A DNA stretch of 64,000 bases, taken from Rhodospirillaceae bacterium. Lineage in GTDB: Bacteria > Pseudomonadota > Alphaproteobacteria > UBA6615. The notes under the pieces are model-generated. The model did no database searches, was not told the origin of the DNA, and worked only from the letters and a program-made list of their open reading frames with translations. The first letter of the stretch is position 1; every line of letters begins with the position of its first letter. The position numbers were made by a program, and so were the translations under genes. This document shows, piece by piece, positions 1 through 9,273 of the stretch. The stretch is taken from contig JAYOFO010000007.1 in NCBI GenBank assembly GCA_038117265.1, positions 3,985 to 67,984 of the forward strand, in the 5' to 3' direction.

Positions 1-144
1 AATATCCTCCTCGACACCATGTTCGATTTGCCGGGCCTGGACGGGGTCGAGGAAGTGGTGATCAACGGCGAAGTGGTCGAAGGTAATGCCGCGCCGCTCC
101 ACATCTACGCCGACAAACGCGAAGATTTGGGCACAAGCGCCTAA
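1..144 (+). CDS. clpX: ATP-dependent Clp protease ATP-binding subunit ClpX, 3' end (partial)
   Basis: Frame 1 reads [47 protein letters not shown], a typical ClpX C-terminus; lies directly upstream of lon. Confidence 0.93.
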   Translation, partial: NILLDTMFDLPGLDGVEEVVINGEVVEGNAAPLHIYADKREDLGTSA

Positions 145-185
145 ACGACCCCCCCCTATATTGGGTTCGATTTCCGCGGCGCCCA

Positions 186-217
186 CTTGATTGCGGGGGC
201 CGTCAGCCCAAATATCT
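186..217 (+). promoter_or_regulatory. Possible RpoH (sigma32)-type promoter of lon
   Basis: CTTGAT...CCAAATATCT resembles the alphaproteobacterial RpoH consensus CTTG-N17/18-CCTATAT; lon is a classic heat-shock gene. Imperfect match. Confidence 0.4.
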
Positions 218-306
218 ATGCATGGCGCGACTCGCCCTTTCGGCGTTCCCTGATCGTGGCCGTAAACCCGTGCGCAATGTTTTGCGCCTAGTATTTTCAT
301 GCTTTT

Positions 307-2739
307 GTGAACCCGGAACGTCTCATGACCGATCTCTCCAAAGGTGCCCTGTTTCCCGTCCTGCCGCTGCGCGACATCGTCGTCTTTCCGCACATGATCG
401 TCCCGCTCTTCGTCGGGCGCGAAAAGTCGGTGCGCGCGCTGGAAGACGTGATGCAGGATGACAAGCAGATCCTGCTGCTCACCCAGAAGGATGCCGGCGA
501 GGACGATCCGAAGCCGGGCGACCTCTACCCGGTGGGGACGGTGGGTACCATCCTGCAGCTGCTAAAGCTGCCCGACGGGACGGTGAAGGTGCTGGTCGAG
601 GGCAGCGAGCGTGCCGCGGTCGTCGAGTTCTCCGACAATGCGGAATTCTTCCAGGCCTATGCGGAGATCCGGCACGAACCGGAGAACGACGCCAACGAAA
701 CCGAGGCGCTGGCGCGCTCGGTGGTCGGCCAGTTCGAGCAGTACATCAAGCTCAACCGCAAGATTCCGCCCGAGGTTCTGGTCTCGATCAATCAGATCGA
801 GGAGCCGAGCAAGCTTGCCGACACGATCGCCTCGCACCTGACGCTGAAGATCGCCGAAAAGCAGGAGCTGCTCGAGGCCGACACCGTCCAGAAGCGGCTG
901 GAAAAGATCTACAGCTTCATGGAGGGCGAGATCGGCGTCCTGCAGGTGGAAAAGCGCATCCGCTCGCGCGTCAAGCGCCAGATGGAGAAGACGCAGCGCG
1001 AGTACTATCTGAACGAGCAGCTCAAGGCGATCCAGAAGGAGTTGGGCGAGGCCGAGGATGGTCGCGACGAGCTCCAGGAACTCGAAGAGCGCATCAAGAA
1101 GACCCGCCTGACCAAGGAAGCCGGCGAAAAGGCCAACCAGGAGCTCAAGAAGCTCCGGAACATGAGCCCGATGTCGGCCGAGGCGACGGTCGTGCGGAAC
1201 TACCTCGACTGGATGCTGACGATCCCGTGGAAGAAGCGTTCGCGGGTGAAGAAGGACATTCTGGCCGCCCAGCTCGTGCTGGACGAGGACCATTACGGCC
1301 TCGAGAAGGTCAAGGAGCGTATCCTCGAATATCTTGCCGTGCAGCAGCGCATGGCGAAGATCAAGGGACCGATCCTGTGCCTCGTCGGGCCGCCGGGCGT
1401 CGGCAAGACGTCGCTGGGCAAGTCTGTGGCGCGGGCGACCGGGCGCAAGTTCGTGCGCATGTCCCTGGGCGGGGTGCGCGACGAGGCCGAGGTACGCGGC
1501 CATCGCCGGACCTATATCGGCTCGATGCCGGGCAAGGTCATCCAGGGCATGAAGAAGGCCGGGACGTCGAACCCGCTGTTCCTGCTCGACGAGATCGACA
1601 AGCTGGGCGCCGACTGGCGCGGGGATCCGTCCTCGGCGCTGCTCGAGGTCCTCGATCCCGAACAGAACCACACGTTCCAGGACCATTATCTCGAGGTCGA
1701 CTACGACCTTTCCGACGTGATGTTCGTGTGCACGGCCAACACCATGCGCATGCCGCAGCCGCTGATGGACCGGATGGAGATCATTCGGATTCCCGGCTAC
1801 ACCGAGGACGAGAAGGTCGAGATCGCCAAGCGTCACCTGATCCCGAAGCAGGTGGAGGAGAACGGCCTGAAGGACGATGAGTGGTCGATCTCGGACTCCG
1901 CGTTGCGCGACCTGATCCGCTACTTCACGCGCGAGGCGGGCGTGCGCAGCCTCGAGCGCGAGATCGCGAACCTGGCACGCAAGGCCGTCAAGGAAATCGC
2001 GGTCGAGGCCGACGTCGCGTCGGTCAAGGTGACGGTGAAGAACCTCGACAAGTATGCCGGCGTCCGCAAGTACCGCTTTGGCGAGACCGAGGCCGACGAC
2101 CTGATCGGCGTGATCACGGGCCTGGCCTGGACGGAAGTGGGCGGAGAGCTGCTGACCGTGGAATCGATCATCGTGCCCGGCAAGGGCAAGGTGACCGTTA
2201 CGGGTAAGCTGGGCGACGTGATGCAGGAATCGGTGCAGGCCGCCAACGCCTATGTGCGCGCGCGGGCGATCGAATTCGGCATCAAGCCGCCGCTGTTCGA
2301 ACGGCGCGACATCCATGTCCATGTGCCCGAGGGGGCTGTGCCCAAGGACGGCCCGTCTGCCGGCGTGGCGATGATCACCTCGATGGTCTCGGTCCTGACC
2401 CAGAACCCGATCCGAAAGGATGTGGCGATGACGGGCGAGATCACGCTGCGCGGCCGTGTGCTGCCGATCGGCGGGCTCAAGGAGAAGCTCCTGGCGGCAC
2501 TGCGCGGCGGCGTGAAGACCGTGGTCATCCCCAAGGACAACGAGAAGGACCTCGCGGATATTCCCGACAACGTCAAGAAGGGGCTCGAAATCATCCCTGT
2601 CGCGACGGTCGACGAGGTTCTCCAGCACGCGCTGACCCAGCCGCTGGTGCCGATCGAGTGGGACGAATCGGCGCACGAATCGGCGCGGGTTTCGGCCCCC
2701 GAAGACGATTCGGAGGCGTCGGGCGTCGTCCGTCATTAG
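307..2739 (+). CDS. lon: Lon ATP-dependent protease (start may be ATG at 325)
   Basis: N-terminal PVLPLRDIVVFP, Walker A GPPGVGKTS, catalytic PKDGPSAG and IGGLKEK. Confidence 0.98.
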   Translation: MNPERLMTDLSKGALFPVLPLRDIVVFPHMIVPLFVGREKSVRALEDVMQDDKQILLLTQKDAGEDDPKPGDLYPVGTVGTILQLLKLPDGTVKVLVEGSERAAVVEFSDNAEFFQAYAEIRHEPENDANETEALARSVVGQFEQYIKLNRKIPPEVLVSINQIEEPSKLADTIASHLTLKIAEKQELLEADTVQKRLEKIYSFMEGEIGVLQVEKRIRSRVKRQMEKTQREYYLNEQLKAIQKELGEAEDGRDELQELEERIKKTRLTKEAGEKANQELKKLRNMSPMSAEATVVRNYLDWMLTIPWKKRSRVKKDILAAQLVLDEDHYGLEKVKERILEYLAVQQRMAKIKGPILCLVGPPGVGKTSLGKSVARATGRKFVRMSLGGVRDEAEVRGHRRTYIGSMPGKVIQGMKKAGTSNPLFLLDEIDKLGADWRGDPSSALLEVLDPEQNHTFQDHYLEVDYDLSDVMFVCTANTMRMPQPLMDRMEIIRIPGYTEDEKVEIAKRHLIPKQVEENGLKDDEWSISDSALRDLIRYFTREAGVRSLEREIANLARKAVKEIAVEADVASVKVTVKNLDKYAGVRKYRFGETEADDLIGVITGLAWTEVGGELLTVESIIVPGKGKVTVTGKLGDVMQESVQAANAYVRARAIEFGIKPPLFERRDIHVHVPEGAVPKDGPSAGVAMITSMVSVLTQNPIRKDVAMTGEITLRGRVLPIGGLKEKLLAALRGGVKTVVIPKDNEKDLADIPDNVKKGLEIIPVATVDEVLQHALTQPLVPIEWDESAHESARVSAPEDDSEASGVVRH

Positions 2740-2811
2740 GGTTGACGCGAGTCGGTTTCCGAGTCGCAGGGCAATTTTCGCAAAAAACCGCGGATTTCCG
2801 GGCCGTTTCGA

Positions 2812-2841
2812 TTGACGGCTCGGAATCTCGACTCCTAGAAT
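2812..2841 (+). promoter_or_regulatory. Putative sigma70 promoter of hupB
   Basis: TTGACG-N18-TAGAAT about 75 bp upstream of the hupB start; the spacer holds two GANTC sites. Confidence 0.5.
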
Positions 2842-2914
2842 TCCGGCACTGTTTGGATTCGGGCTTCACGCTCCAGACATCGATCCACGGAACCAACCCA
2901 AAAGGGGGTCAATT

Positions 2915-3187
2915 GTGAACAAGAACGATCTCGTCGCCGCTGTCGCCGATTCTGCCGGTCTCTCCAAGGCCGATGCCAGCAAGGCGGTCGACAGTGTTCT
3001 CGGCAACATCACCGGCGCGCTGAAGGGCGGCACGGAAGTTCGGCTCGTCGGGTTCGGCACTTTCTCGGTCGCACAGCGCAAGGCGACCACCGGCCGCAAC
3101 CCGCAGACCGGTGCGACGATCCAGATCCCGGCGTCGAAGCAGCCCAAGTTCAAGGCGGGTAAGGCGCTCAAGGACGCGGTCAACTAG
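2915..3187 (+). CDS. hupB: DNA-binding protein HU
   Basis: MNKNDLVAAVA...LVGFGTFSV...GRNPQTG...PKFKAGKALKDAVN; 90 aa; follows lon. Confidence 0.97.
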   Translation: MNKNDLVAAVADSAGLSKADASKAVDSVLGNITGALKGGTEVRLVGFGTFSVAQRKATTGRNPQTGATIQIPASKQPKFKAGKALKDAVN

Positions 3188-3212
3188 TTCACGCGATTTA
3201 GCGCGTTCTGCG

Positions 3213-3243
3213 CGGGCCGGCCGTGTCTGTCACGGCCGGCCCG
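3213..3243 (+). terminator. Stem-loop after hupB (probable terminator)
   Basis: CGGGCCGGCCGTG-tctgt-CACGGCCGGCCCG, a perfect 13-bp stem; weak U tract. Confidence 0.6.
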
Positions 3244-3301
3244 TTCGCATTGGCGGGGCTGGTCGTGCCCCCCCGCGATATGGGATAGAACGCATGTGCG
3301 C

Positions 3302-3377
3302 GGGCGGTTAGCTCAGCTGGCAGAGCACCTCGTTTACACCGAGGGGGTCGGCGGTTCGATCCCGTCACCGCCCACCA
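3302..3377 (+). tRNA. tRNA-Val (anticodon TAC)
   Basis: GGGCGGT acceptor stem, D arm AGCTCAGCTGGCAGAGC, anticodon arm CCTCG-TTTACAC-CGAGG, GGTTCGATCC T arm, encoded CCA end. Confidence 0.97.
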
Positions 3378-3432
3378 GCGCGACGCCTTTTCGCCGGTGC
3401 AGCATCGCGCCGCCCGGCCCGGCAACAGTTCG

Positions 3433-4426
3433 ATGCAGAATTCCGATTTGGTGCATCCAGCCTATCTGAGAATTGCCGCACTTGCGGCGAGCGGCGGCTT
3501 GCTGATCTCCGGTCTGGCATTCGTCGTCATGGGAACGAATTTCGGATTCTTCAACGTCACGCCGGTCTCGGTCGTGCCGGGGTTTTTCGTCGGGTTCACG
3601 GCGACCTTCGTGATCTCGCTGCTGGTCGTGCGCAGCCGCCGTCTGCTGGCCGAACGCCTGGCATTCGAACAGAAGATGACGGCAAACCTGCGCAACGAGG
3701 TCGAGGAGAACCGCCGGCTCCAACGCAGACTGCAAGAGACGAACGAACGCAATCGCACGGTGATCGATGCGGCGCCGACGGGAATCATCGTGCATGTCGA
3801 GGGGCGCGTCGAGGGGTGCGGCGGTCCCGACGAAGTGCGGGTGCGCCGCCTGCGCCGCGACGGCTCGGTCTTCTGGTCGGAAAGCATCGCGCGCGCTGAC
3901 CTTCGATGGTGCGCCCGCAACGATGGTCATGATCCAGGACATCTCGGACCAGGTCGGCCTGGAACGTGAACTGCAAATCAATGAAGAGCGGTTTCGCGAC
4001 TTCGCGGAGGCGTCGGCGGACTGGTTCTGGGAGACGGACGACGCCCATCGCATCCGCTATGTGAGCCAGGGCATCGAGCGGGTGACCGGCGCACCGCCCG
4101 ACTGGCACTACGGGAAGACGCGCTTCGAACTGATCGGCGGCGGTCCTTCGGACGAGGCGTGGGACCGCCATCTCAAGGATCTCGACGCGCAACGCCCGTT
4201 CCGGAACTTCGAATACCTGCGCAGGGGCGAGGGGAAGTTCGAGCCGCGCTGGATCCGCACCAGTGGCGTGCCTTTCTACGATGAGAACTGCCGTTTCCTT
4301 GGCTATCGCGGATCGGGAACCGATATAACCGATCTCAAGCAGGCCGAGGCCCGCCTGCGCGAACGCGACGCGGAACTCGCCGTGGCCCGGCGCGCCGTAC
4401 CCGCTGACGACGCGAACACCGATTGA
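3433..4426 (+). pseudogene. Membrane-anchored PAS/PAC sensor remnant (frameshifted, internally deleted, no output domain)
   Basis: Two TM segments and a coiled coil, then IDAAPTGIIVH...RRDGSVFWSESIAR in one frame continues as ALTFDGAPATMVMIQDIS...EERFRDFAEASADWFWETD...GYRGSGTDITD in another. The shift falls in a GC-dinucleotide run at about 3888-3896. Confidence 0.8.
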
Positions 4427-4439
4427 TCGGAGGAACCCC

Positions 4440-5651
4440 ATGACCCTGACCCCTCTCGAGGCACTCGGCGAGCCGCTCTACTACATCGCCGCCAATGCCG
4501 CCGAGGCCGGTTTCCCCACGCTGCCCAACCCGCACGGCCAGTCGCTGCGCACCTGGGTGCGCTCGCTGGGGGGCATGCAGAAGGAGGCACTGGTCGTCTC
4601 GGCCGCGACGGGAACGGCGTGGCGGTTCGCCTGCGACGAGGGCGGGCATCTCGGCGGGTTCAACAAGGCGCCGAACCCGCTGACCTATCTCAGCGCCGGG
4701 ATGATCGCGTCCTACATGAACGAGATCACCGCGCTCGCCGCCCAGCGCGGCATCGTCCTGCGCGACCTGGAACTGGTGCTCGAGAACTTCTACTGGCGCG
4801 AGGGCGATTTCCGTAAGGGCACGATGGTCAGCGGCGCGATGCCGCCCGAGCTCAACGTCGTCTGCGATGCCGACTGCGACGACGCGACCCTGACGACCCT
4901 GCTCTACGAGGCGGTCGCGGCCTCGCCGCTGAACGGGCTGGCGCGCGGCAGCCACCCCAGCCTGTTCACCCTGGTACACAACGCACGCGTGCTTGCACCC
5001 GAGCAGGTGACGCCGCTCGACGCCGATCCGTTCCCCGACCCCGGCGACAATTTCCCCAAGCTGGAACGCGCCGCCGGTATGCCGGCGGTCGACGGGCTGA
5101 TCAACATGCTCGTCGACGAGGATACGGCGCGCGAGGCCCATGCAAAGCTCGATATCGCCGTACCCGATCCGGGTCCCGACAGGCAGCTCCTGCACATGCA
5201 CACGCGCTGCGTGCCGCGGCCGGACGGCGTGAAGGAAATCCTCAAGGAACAGTACGGCCCCGTGGCGCCGACCTGGCGCTTCCTGTCGGATGAGGGCGAG
5301 CGCTTCGGCGGGCACGGGCGCGCGCCTGATGCCGCCTCGCTGATCTCGGCCGGGATCGGGCTCTGCTTCATGACCCAGATGGGCCGGTTCGCCAAGATGG
5401 CGAAGCTGCCGCTCGACAGCTACGCCATCGTCCAGGACACCCACTTCTCGCCGGGCGGCGCGTCGGGCGGCACCGGGCAGGCGGGCACCGCCCAGCCGGT
5501 CGAGACCCATGTCTATCTGGGGACGGCGGCGGAGGATGCCGACGCGCAGCAGATCCTCGGGGTGGGCGAACGCACCTACTTCCTGCACGCCTTCTGCCGC
5601 GACGACATCAAGCCGAAGGTGCGGATGACGAAGGCGCCGAAGGCGGCCTAG
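4440..5651 (+). CDS. OsmC/Ohr-like protein with two tandem OsmC domains
   Basis: Repeated unit WRF-x-x-DEG...GG...AP-x-x-x-x-x-x-SAG (WRFACDEGGHLGGFNKAPNPLTYLSAG and WRFLSDEGERFGGHGRAPDAASLISAG); GGAGG RBS upstream. Confidence 0.75.
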   Translation: MTLTPLEALGEPLYYIAANAAEAGFPTLPNPHGQSLRTWVRSLGGMQKEALVVSAATGTAWRFACDEGGHLGGFNKAPNPLTYLSAGMIASYMNEITALAAQRGIVLRDLELVLENFYWREGDFRKGTMVSGAMPPELNVVCDADCDDATLTTLLYEAVAASPLNGLARGSHPSLFTLVHNARVLAPEQVTPLDADPFPDPGDNFPKLERAAGMPAVDGLINMLVDEDTAREAHAKLDIAVPDPGPDRQLLHMHTRCVPRPDGVKEILKEQYGPVAPTWRFLSDEGERFGGHGRAPDAASLISAGIGLCFMTQMGRFAKMAKLPLDSYAIVQDTHFSPGGASGGTGQAGTAQPVETHVYLGTAAEDADAQQILGVGERTYFLHAFCRDDIKPKVRMTKAPKAA

Positions 5652-5663
5652 CCGCCCCGCTCG

Positions 5664-6902
5664 CTACTCCGCGGCTTGCGCGGCGAAGTCGGGCGTCTCC
5701 AGCTCGGGCACGACCTTCTCGACGAACAGGCGCATCTCTTCGAGCAGCTCGTCCTTGGGCTCCTGCGCCCAGTGCCAGATCAGGGTGATGTATTCGCACG
5801 GAATGCGCGAATAGACCTCCTGCCAGTCGCGGATGGTGTCGTCGACCGTGCCGCCCATCACGAACTTGTGCTCCCGGATGGCGCGATAGGCCGCCTCGGC
5901 ATCGTGCTTGACCGGGTCCACATGGTGGTTGCCGAAGACCGAGTAGAAGTTCTTGAAGATGTCCAGGTCGTAGGCGCGGATCTTGCGCTCGAAGTCGGCC
6001 TCGGACTTGGCGATCCGGGTGTGGCGCACGATGTTCTGCATCTGGCCGTACTGGACCTGGCGGCCGTGCTTGGCCGATTCCTCGACATAGATGTTGGCCA
6101 GTTCGACCACGCCGTCCGTCGGGTTGAAGTAGCTCGGCCGGAAGCCGTGCTTGGCGGCGAACTCGATCGTCTCGCGCGAGCGCGCGACCGCGATGAACAC
6201 GGGCGGGTGCGGCTTCTGGTAGGGCGAGGGCACCACTGAGATCCGGCGCACCACGCCGTCGTCGTCAATCTCGCCGGGGGCGCCCGCCTCGCGGGCGATC
6301 TCCCAGCCCTCGTAGCCCTCGATGCCCGTGTCGTGAGGGTAGGGGGCCTGATAGTACTTGCCGTTGAGCTCGACCGAATCCTTGGTCCAGCAGTCGAGCA
6401 CCATCTCGACCCGCTCCTCGAAGATCTCGCGGTTGCGCTTGTCGCCCGAACTGCCGTCCGACAGGGTGGCGAGGGCGCCCGACGACTGGCCCAGGATGTT
6501 CGCCCAGCGCGACTGGTAGCCGCGCGCAAAGCCCACGAAATACTTGCCGTGGGTCATGTGGTCGATGATCGCGGTTTCCTCGGCGACGCGGATGGGGTCC
6601 TGGGTCGCCATCACATAGCCGAACGCGCCCAGATGCAGGTTCTCGACCTGGGCCGCCCAATGCGCGTCCAGCACGCCGGGGTTGGGGCCGACCTCGTAGC
6701 CTTCGGAGTGGAGGTGGTGCTCGATCGTGGACATCCCCCAGATGCCCATCTTGTCGGCCTCGCGGATGATCTCGGACCATTCGTGGATGATCTTGTAGTA
6801 CAGGTCGGAATTGCGGCCGATCGGGCGCTTGGCGCGGCGGTCGTGCTCGTCCGCGGCCGGGAAGACCGGATAGAGCTGGACGATGACTTTCGGGGAACCC
6901 AT
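5664..6902 (-). CDS. LLM-class (luciferase-like) flavin-dependent monooxygenase
   Basis: IEHHLHSEG, DPIRVAEETAIIDHMTHG, GFARGYQ and PSPYQKPHPPVF motifs; GGAGGAG RBS supports the ATG at 6902. Confidence 0.9.
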   Translation of the reverse strand: MGSPKVIVQLYPVFPAADEHDRRAKRPIGRNSDLYYKIIHEWSEIIREADKMGIWGMSTIEHHLHSEGYEVGPNPGVLDAHWAAQVENLHLGAFGYVMATQDPIRVAEETAIIDHMTHGKYFVGFARGYQSRWANILGQSSGALATLSDGSSGDKRNREIFEERVEMVLDCWTKDSVELNGKYYQAPYPHDTGIEGYEGWEIAREAGAPGEIDDDGVVRRISVVPSPYQKPHPPVFIAVARSRETIEFAAKHGFRPSYFNPTDGVVELANIYVEESAKHGRQVQYGQMQNIVRHTRIAKSEADFERKIRAYDLDIFKNFYSVFGNHHVDPVKHDAEAAYRAIREHKFVMGGTVDDTIRDWQEVYSRIPCEYITLIWHWAQEPKDELLEEMRLFVEKVVPELETPDFAAQAAE

Positions 6903-6999
6903 GGCGTTTTCTCCTCCGCTGCGCCGGCTTAATCGCCGATGATTTGCGCTATCATCCCCCGGTCCGCGCATGCGCGCAACACGTCGACCGGAGGTTCCC

Positions 7000-7944
7000 A
7001 TGCCGCTCCACCCGCAGATCGTCGCCCTGATCGCGCGCGCCGCCGATGCCGGCGTGCGTCCCGCCTACGAACTGACGCCCGCCGAGGCGCGCGCGCAGCT
7101 CGAGGAGATGTCGCGGAACCGCGACCGCGATCGCACCCCCGTCGGTTCGGTCGAGGACCGGACCATCGACGGGCCGGGCGGCGACCTTGCGCTGCGCATC
7201 TACCGGCCCGAGGGGGCGGGCGAGGGGCCGCTGCCCGCGGTGGTGTTCTTCCACGGCGGCGGGCACGTGCTCGGCAGTCTCGACACCCATGACCTGGTCG
7301 CGCGCAACCTGTGCGCCGACAGCGGCGCGGTCGTCGTCAATGTCGACTACCGGCTGGCGCCCGAGCACAAGTTCCCCGCCGCTCCCGAGGACAGCTATGC
7401 GGCGACCCGGTGGGTTGCCGAGAATGCCGGCGAACTGGGCATCGACCCGGCGCGCATCGCCGTCGGCGGCGACAGCGCGGGCGGTAACCTGGCCGCCGTC
7501 GTTGCGCTGATGGGGCGCGAGGCCGGCGGGCCCGACATCTGCTTCCAGCTGCTGGTCTATCCGGTCGTCGACTATGCGTGCGACACGCCGTCCTACGCCG
7601 AATGGGCCGATGGCGCGGGCATCCTGACCGCGCGCGGTATGGAATGGTTCCGCGACCACTATCTACGCGGGCCCGCGGACCGCACCGACTGGCGTGCCGC
7701 ACCGCTGCGCGCGGCCGATCTGTCGAACCTTCCGCCCGCGCTGGTCATCACGGCCGAGTGCGACGTGCTGCACGACGAGGGCGTCGCGCTGGCCGGGGCG
7801 CTGGCCGCTGCGGGAACCGCGGTCGAGCACCGCGAGTACCCGGGCATGATGCACGGCTTCTATTCGTTTGCGCCGCTGGTCGACGACGGGCGCGCGGCGC
7901 AGGTCTTCGCGGGCGAGCGCCTGCGCGCCGCCTTCGGCACATGA
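7000..7944 (+). CDS. Alpha/beta hydrolase, HSL (family IV) esterase/lipase
   Basis: HGGG oxyanion motif, DYRLAPEHKFPAA, GDSAGG nucleophile, ECDVL (Asp) and HGF (His); GGAGG RBS before ATG 7000. Confidence 0.93.
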   Translation: MPLHPQIVALIARAADAGVRPAYELTPAEARAQLEEMSRNRDRDRTPVGSVEDRTIDGPGGDLALRIYRPEGAGEGPLPAVVFFHGGGHVLGSLDTHDLVARNLCADSGAVVVNVDYRLAPEHKFPAAPEDSYAATRWVAENAGELGIDPARIAVGGDSAGGNLAAVVALMGREAGGPDICFQLLVYPVVDYACDTPSYAEWADGAGILTARGMEWFRDHYLRGPADRTDWRAAPLRAADLSNLPPALVITAECDVLHDEGVALAGALAAAGTAVEHREYPGMMHGFYSFAPLVDDGRAAQVFAGERLRAAFGT

Positions 7945-7969
7945 GGGTCGCGAATTCGCGCCGGTTCGC

Positions 7970-7998
7970 TTGACATGGCGGGGGTGCGGCAGTACATC
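7970..7998 (+). promoter_or_regulatory. sigma70 promoter of tRNA-Asp
   Basis: TTGACA-N17-TACATC ending 14 bp upstream of the tRNA. Confidence 0.7.
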
Positions 7999-8012
7999 CC
8001 GCGGTCTCGGCT

Positions 8013-8089
<77 letters not shown>

Positions 8090-8114
8090 CCGAGATCGAT
8101 CCTGACATCAAGAC

Positions 8115-8137
8115 GGCCCCCGAATCGGGGCCTTTTT
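8115..8137 (+). terminator. Rho-independent terminator after tRNA-Asp
   Basis: GGCCCC-cgaatc-GGGGCC followed by TTTTT. Confidence 0.75.
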
Positions 8138-8211
8138 GTTGCGCCGCGTTCGCCCGCCGGCCGCGCGAATCGCAGGCCTGCGGCGAAGCGCGCACCGCGC
8201 ACCTGGACGCC

Positions 8212-8240
8212 TTGCAAGGGCCAGTGCGCTGGTGTATGGC
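8212..8240 (+). promoter_or_regulatory. Putative promoter of the nuo operon
   Basis: TTGCAA-N17-TATGGC about 95 bp upstream of nuoA. Confidence 0.4.
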
Positions 8241-8335
8241 TGGCGGCGGAAAACAAGCGGTTCTCTGCCGCTCCCCACCATTCCATGCGGGCCGTTTCGG
8301 CACCGTGTCGCGAGGGCCGGATTCAAGGGCAAACG

Positions 8336-8701
8336 ATGGAAGAGCTTCTCCTCGAATACCTGCCGATCCTGATCTTCCTCGGCCTCGCCCTGGGCCTGTC
8401 GCTGATGCTCGTGCTGGCATCCGTCGTGGCTGGCGCGCGCAAGCCCGACCCGGAGAAGAACTCGGCCTATGAGTGCGGCTTCGACGCCTTCGACGATGCG
8501 CGCATGAAGTTCGACGTGCGCTTCTACCTGGTCGCGATCCTGTTCATCATCTTCGACCTCGAGGTCGCGTTCCTGTTTCCCTGGGCGATCACGCTGTCCG
8601 ACATCGGCGAGTTCGGCTTCTGGTCGATGGTCGTGTTCCTGGGAATCCTGACCGTCGGCTTCGTCTACGAATGGCGCAAGGGAGCGCTCGAATGGGAATA
8701 A
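8336..8701 (+). CDS. nuoA: NADH-quinone oxidoreductase subunit A
   Basis: [41 protein letters not shown]. Confidence 0.97.
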   Translation: MEELLLEYLPILIFLGLALGLSLMLVLASVVAGARKPDPEKNSAYECGFDAFDDARMKFDVRFYLVAILFIIFDLEVAFLFPWAITLSDIGEFGFWSMVVFLGILTVGFVYEWRKGALEWE

Positions 8702-9240
8702 CCATGCGCGATCCCGCCGACGGCGTCTTCCGGCCCGGTCCCGACCAGGATGCGGCGATCCAGGCGGTCACCGACGAGCTCACCGACAAGGGCTTCGTGC
8801 TGGCCAACATGGACAAGCTGGTCAACTGGGCCCGCACGGGCTCGCTCTGGCCGATGACCTTCGGGCTCGCCTGCTGCGCGGTCGAAATGATGCACACCGC
8901 GGCCTCGCGCTACGACATGGACCGCTTCGGCTTCCTGTTCCGCCCCAGCCCGCGCCAGTCCGACGTAATGATCGTGGCTGGCACGCTGACCAACAAGATG
9001 GCCCCGGCCCTGCGCAAGGTCTATGACCAGATGCCCGAGCCGCGCTGGGTTATCTCGATGGGCTCGTGCGCCAACGGCGGCGGCTACTACCACTACTCCT
9101 ACTCGGTCGTGCGCGGATGCGACCGGATCGTCCCGGTCGACATCTACGTCCCCGGGTGTCCGCCCACGGCGGAAGCGCTGCTGTATGGGATCATGCAGCT
9201 CCAGCGCAAGATCCGGCGCACCGGAACGATCGCGCGCTGA
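8692..9240 (+). CDS. nuoB: NADH-quinone oxidoreductase subunit B (start 8692 or 8704)
   Basis: [37 protein letters not shown]. Confidence 0.97.
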   Translation: MGITMRDPADGVFRPGPDQDAAIQAVTDELTDKGFVLANMDKLVNWARTGSLWPMTFGLACCAVEMMHTAASRYDMDRFGFLFRPSPRQSDVMIVAGTLTNKMAPALRKVYDQMPEPRWVISMGSCANGGGYYHYSYSVVRGCDRIVPVDIYVPGCPPTAEALLYGIMQLQRKIRRTGTIAR

Positions 9241-9273
9241 GGCCGGTGTCGGGGCGAGGGTAACGGACAGGGC

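Noticed and set aside
272-287. GCGCAA-tgtt-TTGCGC palindrome in the lon leader
   Set aside because: Only 6-bp arms and no match to CIRCE or another operator I can name.
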